Assembly: GCA_013140715.1 (NCBI GenBank)
Contig: JABFSG010000023.1
Location: forward strand, 9,202-73,201
Length of the DNA: 64,000 nt
Direction: 5' to 3'
From: Nitrospiraceae bacterium
GTDB lineage: Bacteria > Nitrospirota > Nitrospiria > Nitrospirales > Nitrospiraceae
A model generated the notes under the pieces. It made no database searches. It was not told where the DNA came from and saw nothing but the letters and a program-made list of their open reading frames with translations. The position numbers were made by a program, and so were the translations under genes. Below, one piece after another: positions 58,091 through 64,000 of this stretch. Each line of letters opens with the position of its first letter. Position 1 is the stretch's first letter.

Positions 58091-59299
58091 TTAGAAGAGC
58101 GGTACAATCTCGGTCTGGAGAGGCAAGCCGAACACCAATGCCTCGTGCTCAGCGAGGTACACATCCAATTCGCTCCTGATCCCAAACTCACCTGGCAAGT
58201 AGATCCCCGGTTCGATTGAAAAGCAGGTTCTCGGCATCAGACGGCGCGTGTCCTGTGTTTCTAAGCCATCGAGGTTGGCTCCATTGCCGTGCACTTCTTC
58301 GCCGATCGAATGGCCGGTTCGATGGACGAACTGATCGCCATACCCGGCACGTTGGATGACTTGCCGGCAAGCGTCGTCTGCCTCCCATCCGAATGGGCGA
58401 TGACCGGCTGCTATTTCTGTACGGACGAAGGTCAAGGCTGCGTCCCGCCCTTGCCGGACCAGGTCGAAGATCTCACGATGTTTGTCCGGCACAGTCTGAC
58501 CGACAAAGCCGGTCCAGGTGATATCGGCGTACACAGAACCGGGTTCCGATTGTTTGGCCCAGAGATCGATCAAGAGCAAGGCATCGCGGGTAACGTCAGC
58601 TGATCCTAGCTCTGTCGGGCCATAGTGAGGATCGGCGCTATGGGCATTCACAGCGGCGATCGGGGCACTCGACGTGACCATCCCGGCTTCGTGGATTCGA
58701 GCTACAATGAACTGCTGTACGCCATATTCAGTGAGGCTCCGCCCCTGGGTAATTGCCTCATGCACCTCTCCAAATGTCTGATCAACGATGCGCCGAAGCG
58801 CCGTTGCGGCAAACCGATGCGATTCGAGTTGACGGTCCGTCCAGCGTGCTTCAAACCTCTGAATCAAATCCGCTGAGCTGACGACCTCGACATTGTAACT
58901 TCTGATCAACTCAATCGTTCCGGCATCCACGCGCGACACGTAGGGAACTGCGTTGAGCGGGGAATACTGCATGGCCACGCGGGGGCCAGCGGCCAGCAGC
59001 CGCGCAAGAATCTGTCGTTGTTGTTCCCACGACACATAGTGGTTGGCCTGTCCGGGCAGCCTATCCAGCACGTGCGGTTCAATGCGATGCAGCAGCTTGA
59101 CCGGAACACCCTGAGCCGGAATCCAGTAGTACCATCGTCTCGTCACATGGAGGGTGGGATCGAGTTGTAGAATGCGATAGGCGAGGGGATCGCTTCCACG
59201 GAAATCATAGAAGAGCCAGCCGTCGATCTCGGCTTCACACAGAGCCTGTTGAATCTCACCGATACGCTGCTGTATGGCCGTGGTCATGGTAGAAGGCAT
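58091..59299 (-). CDS. M24-family metallopeptidase (Xaa-Pro aminopeptidase-like)
   Basis: Chosen start MPSTMTT. HRTGHSIGEEVHG and SIEPGIY metal-ligand motifs. Confidence 0.85.
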   Translation of the reverse strand: MPSTMTTAIQQRIGEIQQALCEAEIDGWLFYDFRGSDPLAYRILQLDPTLHVTRRWYYWIPAQGVPVKLLHRIEPHVLDRLPGQANHYVSWEQQRQILARLLAAGPRVAMQYSPLNAVPYVSRVDAGTIELIRSYNVEVVSSADLIQRFEARWTDRQLESHRFAATALRRIVDQTFGEVHEAITQGRSLTEYGVQQFIVARIHEAGMVTSSAPIAAVNAHSADPHYGPTELGSADVTRDALLLIDLWAKQSEPGSVYADITWTGFVGQTVPDKHREIFDLVRQGRDAALTFVRTEIAAGHRPFGWEADDACRQVIQRAGYGDQFVHRTGHSIGEEVHGNGANLDGLETQDTRRLMPRTCFSIEPGIYLPGEFGIRSELDVYLAEHEALVFGLPLQTEIVPLF

Positions 59300-59360
59300 C
59301 TTATCGTCGCGCCGACAGGCAGTCAATGCGACGGTCTTTTGGAGCGGAGATCGTGCTACA

Positions 59361-59834
59361 ATGCCTGCCATGGCAATCGAGCATGCACCAGAACCGTCCC
59401 AGTTCCGCGTGACTCTGTTTGTCGGACCACAGCCGGTGGAGGGAAATCCCTTCACTTCTTCCTGCGTATTCAACGTCAAGAAACGGAGCTGGAAGGGTGG
59501 GATTCAGGTTGAGATCGCCGTCACTCAGCGACAGATCGATACGCTCAGTGCTGACATCGATTTCTCCCGCTGGCTGGCCCAGGCCCTGAGCGATCTGCCA
59601 GACGAAGACCGTCCATCCCATCAGAACCGGGCCCAGGAGCTGTTTATCCAGGCAGTCTGTTGGTGCAAGCTGGATCTGGCGTTGCAAGCTAGTATCACTC
59701 AGGAGAATCAATGTGTGACAGACGATATTTGGGTCGCAGAGGTGAGAGCTTCCGTGAGTAACCGGAGGGATTTCATCACGTCTTACATTGCGTCTGAACT
59801 GGACCTCGTACTGAGGAGCGCCACTGCTCCATAA
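59361..59834 (+). CDS. hypothetical protein (157 aa)
   Basis: Divergent from the peptidase gene. No family recognised. The start is chosen to avoid overlap. Confidence 0.45.
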   Translation: MPAMAIEHAPEPSQFRVTLFVGPQPVEGNPFTSSCVFNVKKRSWKGGIQVEIAVTQRQIDTLSADIDFSRWLAQALSDLPDEDRPSHQNRAQELFIQAVCWCKLDLALQASITQENQCVTDDIWVAEVRASVSNRRDFITSYIASELDLVLRSATAP

Positions 59835-59974
59835 GGCAGTCTGATCTGGTGCGGCAGGGGGTTTGCATTCAGGGTTGAATTTGTTATAACCCCACTACTA
59901 CTTGAACGTGGGTGAGTGTGCCGGAGTCAACCACTGCCTCGTAGCTCACCCCATTCGAAGAAGGAGGAGTAACT

Positions 59975-60412
59975 GTGAACAAACGCTCGTCTTCATCCAA
60001 TCGCCTCCGGGAGGTCTTCTGTTTCAAACTAGTGGCAGTCTTCCTGCTCCTGGCGCTCTGCACCATCACGATCGTGCCAGCGGCCTGGAGTCAAAGCAAT
60101 ACGCCGTCGGTGATGGGAAATTCCGAAGGCGGCACGACCTCCGATGCCGGTTGGGGAGTATTGGCAGGGCTTTCATCGCTGGTCTACTTCCCAGTCAAGG
60201 CTGCCTTTGCCATCGGTGGAGCCATTGTTGGAGGTTTGACCTATGCCTTTTCTGGCTTGGATGAAAAGGCTGCCATGCCCGTCTGGCAAACGAGCATGTA
60301 TGGCACCTACCTGATTACTCCAGATCATCTACAGGGCAATCGGCCCATCCGTTTCCTGGGGGTTGTCGATTCGAATGACGCGCCGGCCCCTGCTTCGGAG
60401 CCAATCCGTTAG
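59975..60412 (+). CDS. hypothetical exported/membrane protein
   Basis: GTG after an AGGAGGAG SD. Signal-like FKLVAVFLLLALCTITIVPAAWS and a Gly-rich hydrophobic segment. Confidence 0.55.
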   Translation: MNKRSSSSNRLREVFCFKLVAVFLLLALCTITIVPAAWSQSNTPSVMGNSEGGTTSDAGWGVLAGLSSLVYFPVKAAFAIGGAIVGGLTYAFSGLDEKAAMPVWQTSMYGTYLITPDHLQGNRPIRFLGVVDSNDAPAPASEPIR

Positions 60413-60415
60413 CCG

Positions 60416-61162
60416 ATGAAACCGATCATTGGAGTCACGCCAGACTTCAACGCCGGTGACCGAAAAGAATGGGGTGGGCGCGAGCCCACCTATTTTCTGC
60501 GCGCACGCTATATCCGAGCCATCGAAGATCTCGGCGGTATTCCGCTGGTCCTTCCGCTTCTTGGCGATCGAGCCACAAGGCGGCGTATTTTTCAGAACCT
60601 CGATGGAGTCCTGCTCACTGGCAGCGGGCCGGACATTCCGCCATCACTGTATGGAGAGCGCCAGCGCTATCCGTTCAACCTCGTGAGCGAGCGGCGATCG
60701 AGTTTTGAACTCGACATCGTCCGTCTGGCGAAACAGGCCGACCTTCCGTTGCTCGGCATCTGTGGTGGCATGCAGACTATGAATGTCGCCTGTGGCGGCA
60801 GTTTGATTCAAGATATCTCGTCCCAAATTTCAAAACCGCTCCAACATCGGCAGCAGACTCCTGCTGCGAATCTCAGTCATACAGTGAGAGTTGCACCAGG
60901 CAGCCTACTTCGTCGCATCGTACGATCGCTTTCGATGAGGGTGAATAGTTCGCACCATCAATCGGTCAATGCCGTGGCGCCTTCATTGATTGCCAGTGCC
61001 CAAGCTTCCGATGGTATTGTGGAGGCGATCGAATCTCCGGCCCACCGCTTCTTTCTCGGTGTCCAGTGGCACCCGGAATTTCTCTTCGACCGGCACCCTC
61101 TCCATCGGCGGCTGTTCGAGGCTTTTCTGCGCGCCGCTCGCTCCACAGGCCGCAGTGCATAA
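60416..61162 (+). CDS. class I glutamine amidotransferase / gamma-glutamyl-GABA hydrolase (peptidase C26) family
   Basis: LLGICGGMQTMN (nucleophile Cys), NSSHHQSV, VQWHPE. Confidence 0.85.
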   Translation: MKPIIGVTPDFNAGDRKEWGGREPTYFLRARYIRAIEDLGGIPLVLPLLGDRATRRRIFQNLDGVLLTGSGPDIPPSLYGERQRYPFNLVSERRSSFELDIVRLAKQADLPLLGICGGMQTMNVACGGSLIQDISSQISKPLQHRQQTPAANLSHTVRVAPGSLLRRIVRSLSMRVNSSHHQSVNAVAPSLIASAQASDGIVEAIESPAHRFFLGVQWHPEFLFDRHPLHRRLFEAFLRAARSTGRSA

Positions 61163-61175
61163 GGTGCGAGGCTCG

Positions 61176-61250
61176 GCTGGTTTCTCTTCTGTATTCTGAT
61201 GAACAAGACCAACCAAATACACAAGAGAAACCAGATGAACTGGATTCATC
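61176..61250. repeat. dispersed ACCAGATGAAC-unit hairpin repeat, locus B
   Basis: ctggtttctcttctgtattctg pairs with cacaagagaaaccag. The locus contains aaccagatgaac. Confidence 0.65.
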
Positions 61251-61307
61251 TATCCCGCCAGTTTCGTCCGGCTATTCTTGGGGATAGCCTGCTATACTTG
61301 ACCCCAT

Positions 61308-62816
61308 ATGGACGAGAAGTTCGTTGACCCTGTGGTGCGTTCCGCTAGTCCCTCGGCCGGAGGAGGTTCGGTGATCAGCCGAATCTTCCGAACCAAATCT
61401 ATTGAACAGATTCTCGCAGACGCAGATCATCCCGGTCATCGTTTGAAGAAGACTCTTACGGCCTGGGACCTGACCGCACTCGGTATCGGCGCGATCATCG
61501 GCACCGGTATTTTTGTCCTGATCGGCACCGCCATTGTCGGCGATGCCAATCGGCCTGGGGCAGGCCCCGGCATCATTCTCTCCTTCGTGCTTTCAGGCGT
61601 GACCTGCGCCTTAGCGGCACTCTGCTATGCAGAGTTCTCCGCCATGATTCCCGCAGCCGGCTCTGCCTATACCTATTCGTATGCCACGTTGGGAGAGTTC
61701 CTGGCTTGGATTACCGGCTGGAACTTGATTCTTGAATATGGCGTAGCCTGCGTCGCTGTTGCGATCGGGTGGTCCGGCTATTTCAATAAGCTGCTCCGGT
61801 TGGCCGGAATCGAATTGCCTCACTGGGCCACACATCCACCGGTAGGACCTGACCCAGGCGTGGCAAATTTCCCTGCCGCCATTATCGTGTTACTCGTCAC
61901 CATCATCCTTGTCATTGGGATCAAAGAAAGCGCCCGTGCAACCGGCATCATTGTGTGCTTGAAGCTCGGGATCATCCTCTTCTTCATTGCCGTGGGGACG
62001 CCGGTCGTGAATACCGATAACTGGACGCCTTTCATGCCGCAGGGGTTCGCCGGTGTCGGTGCCGCAGCGGCAATCGTATTCTTCGCTTATATTGGATTCG
62101 ATGCCATTTCGACAACCGCTGAGGAAGCAAAAAATCCTCAGCGGGATCTGCCTGTTGGGATCATTGCCTCATTGGGCATCTGCACTGTCCTCTACATTAC
62201 CGTCGCAGCGGTTTTGACCGGCTTGGTTCCTGTCGCACAGATTGACATCCATGCGCCGGTGGCCGAAGCGTTGAGTATGGTGGGCTTCAAGTGGGGAGCG
62301 GCGATTGTGGCAATCGGGGCTGTGGCCGGGATTACCAGCGTACTTGTCGTCATGATGCTGGGCCAGATCCGGGTATTCTTTGCGATGTCCCGCGATCATC
62401 TCTTGAGCCCCTGGCTGGCAACCGTGCACCCACGCTATGGCACGCCTCACTATGCCACAATTCTCACCGGCATCGGTGTGGCAACACTCGCTGCCCTGAT
62501 CCCCATTGGCGACGCGGCAGATATGACGAATATCGGCACTCTCTTTGCTTTTGTCTTGGTTTGTATCGGGGTCGTCGTGCTGCGCTATACAAAACCAAAT
62601 CAGCTACGCCCATTTAGACTCCCGTTCATGCCGGTTGTCCCTATTTTAGGTTTGCTGGCTTGTCTCGGCTTGATGAGCTTTCTGCCATGGGTGACCTGGA
62701 TTCGATTTGCCGTTTGGACTGCCATTGGCATTGTGGTCTACATGGGCTATGGCATGAAGCACAGCAAATTGGCTGACCTCTCACCGGAAGGCCGCCTTCC
62801 AAAACGTTCGCTCTAG
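61308..62816 (+). CDS. APC-superfamily amino-acid permease (cationic amino-acid transporter-like)
   Basis: 502 aa. LTALGIGAIIGTGIFVLIG and ~13 hydrophobic segments. Confidence 0.93.
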   Translation: MDEKFVDPVVRSASPSAGGGSVISRIFRTKSIEQILADADHPGHRLKKTLTAWDLTALGIGAIIGTGIFVLIGTAIVGDANRPGAGPGIILSFVLSGVTCALAALCYAEFSAMIPAAGSAYTYSYATLGEFLAWITGWNLILEYGVACVAVAIGWSGYFNKLLRLAGIELPHWATHPPVGPDPGVANFPAAIIVLLVTIILVIGIKESARATGIIVCLKLGIILFFIAVGTPVVNTDNWTPFMPQGFAGVGAAAAIVFFAYIGFDAISTTAEEAKNPQRDLPVGIIASLGICTVLYITVAAVLTGLVPVAQIDIHAPVAEALSMVGFKWGAAIVAIGAVAGITSVLVVMMLGQIRVFFAMSRDHLLSPWLATVHPRYGTPHYATILTGIGVATLAALIPIGDAADMTNIGTLFAFVLVCIGVVVLRYTKPNQLRPFRLPFMPVVPILGLLACLGLMSFLPWVTWIRFAVWTAIGIVVYMGYGMKHSKLADLSPEGRLPKRSL

Positions 62817-62840
62817 CCCGCCGTCATAAAAAGACCGTTG

Positions 62841-62929
62841 TCTGGTTTGTTTGGTTTATCTTGTTTATTTGGTTGAACAAAACTAACCAGATGAACTAAA
62901 TCAACCAGACAAACCAGATGAACCAGATA
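62841..62929. repeat. dispersed ACCAGATGAAC-unit hairpin repeat, locus C
   Basis: tctggtttgtttggtttatcttgtttatttggttgaac / ...aaccagatgaactaaatcaaccagacaaaccagatgaaccaga. Two copies of the 11-mer. Confidence 0.7.
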
Positions 62930-62936
62930 GAGGGAG

Positions 62937-63356
62937 TTAGTTCGATTCTTCTGCAGGCTGAGCGGCCAGAGCTGGAGCAGGAGCCGATGTGGTGTCAATC
63001 TGAGGGGCTGCAGGTGCGTCCGTTGGGGCTACGGGCGCTGATGCAGCAGTGGATGCCGCTGGTTTGGGAGCTGCTGGCGGTTTGGGCGGAGCAGGCTTCT
63101 CCGGCTTGATGCCTCCTTCCCACGAAGGACCGGAATACATTTCCGTCGACAAACCTTTCGTTTTCCATTTCCCTTCGAAATCAGCGGCAGCTTTATTCGG
63201 CGTTTCACCGGTTCCCACGACGTCATTCCACGGATAGGCTTTTGGACCTATCTGACACCCGGCATCTGTCCTCTTTAAATATAAGGCGATCGGGTTTCCC
63301 CGGTACGGCCCAAGGTAAATATGCACAGAACCGACGTATTCGAGCAAATGCTCCAT
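62937..63356 (-). CDS. hypothetical protein with a Pro/Ala-rich C-terminal tail
   Basis: Chosen start MEHLLEY after GGAG. The tail reads PEKPAPPKPPAAPKPAAS. No family recognised. Confidence 0.5.
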   Translation of the reverse strand: MEHLLEYVGSVHIYLGPYRGNPIALYLKRTDAGCQIGPKAYPWNDVVGTGETPNKAAADFEGKWKTKGLSTEMYSGPSWEGGIKPEKPAPPKPPAAPKPAASTAASAPVAPTDAPAAPQIDTTSAPAPALAAQPAEESN

Positions 63357-63573
63357 ACTCGTCTCCAAAGTGGTGCATGATGCCATAAGAGGCGAGGGCA
63401 GGGCAAGGCGGCCGCTCCCCTTGCTCGCGCAACGCGCACGATGAAACGGTGCTCGTTGGACGCGCGCAATCGGGGAGTAAGCCTCCTTGCCCTCCAAAGA
63501 ATGGAAAATGAACAGACTACGTAGAGAAGCTGTCGATTGACAGGCTTTTCAACCGTCCCGTAGACTGCTTCCC

Positions 63574-64000
63574 ATGCCTTCTCGATTGATCACTCCGAGT
63601 CGTTCACATAGCAAAAAGACCACCATCGGCTTCGTCAATCTGGGTTGCTCAAAAAACCAGGTGGATTCTGAAGTCATGCTGGGCACCCTGGTGACAGATG
63701 GGTTTGCCCTGACTGATGACCCGAAGAAGGCGGAAGTGGTCATTATTAATACCTGTGGTTTTATCGAAGAGGCCAAGCAGGAGTCCATCGATACGATCAT
63801 TGCGCATGGCAAACTCAAAGAAACAGGGTCTTGTCGGGTGCTGATTGCCGCCGGCTGTCTGGCCCAACGATATCAAGGAGATCTCCTCAACCAATTACCG
63901 GAGCTTGATGGCGTGGTGGGAACCGGCGAGTTCGGTAGGATTGCCGAGATTTGTCGCGATCTGTTGGCACCGAAGAAACGGCAGCAACGGCTCTGGATCA
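63574..64000 (+). CDS. rimO: ribosomal protein S12 methylthiotransferase RimO (N-terminal part, runs off the window)
   Basis: IGFVNLGCSKNQVDSEVMLGTL...VVIINTCGFIEEAKQESI...IAAGCLAQRY is the UPF0004/MTTase N-terminal domain with an LGC(S/P)KN signature. Confidence 0.8.
   Translation, partial: MPSRLITPSRSHSKKTTIGFVNLGCSKNQVDSEVMLGTLVTDGFALTDDPKKAEVVIINTCGFIEEAKQESIDTIIAHGKLKETGSCRVLIAAGCLAQRYQGDLLNQLPELDGVVGTGEFGRIAEICRDLLAPKKRQQRLWI

Overview
The window is mostly core chromosome from a Gram-negative bacterium. The proteins remind me of Nitrospirota, but I cannot verify that here.

Housekeeping content:
- Core genes: rplI, glyA, nrdR, lpxC, argB, xerC, trmFO, recR, ybaB, dnaX, mscL, tig-clpP-clpX and rimO.
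- RNA genes: four tRNAs (Leu-CAG, Val-CAC, Ser-GGA, Leu-UAG) and an SRP RNA upstream of dnaX.
- Sulfate assimilation: an Rrf2-headed assimilatory sulfate-reduction cluster (sir, cysH, trpD-like, cysD, cysNC) with several atypical domain features.

Non-routine content:
1. An integrase abuts tRNA-Leu at the left edge.
2. A B12/radical-SAM (RiPP-maturase-like) gene follows a pterin dehydratase and faces an AhpD-like CxxC protein. No precursor peptide gene is visible.
3. A ~1.5 kb gene-poor, hairpin-rich stretch (12.8-14.3 kb) holds a decayed permease.
4. Two covarying ~125 bp palindromic elements bracket cysNC.
5. A small accessory islet (22.1-25.7 kb) carries:
   - a PD-(D/E)XK nuclease gene followed by an attC-like hairpin;
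   - a 263 bp MITE-like element inside an IS3-family remnant;
   - a vapB / frameshifted vapC pair;
   - a higA remnant.
6. A dispersed hairpin repeat family built from ACCAGATGAAC-type units occurs at three loci.
7. A duplicated tRNA-Ser 3' end looks like a rearrangement scar.
8. A decayed gene pair sits at 43-45 kb.
9. A sigma-54 activator with a Cys-rich GAF domain lies next to a near-consensus -24/-12 promoter. That promoter fronts a YHS / DsrE-like / PNPOx / MOSC / SnoaL operon.

No CRISPR array or rRNA gene was seen. All family assignments come from reading the motifs and from memory. No searches were run.
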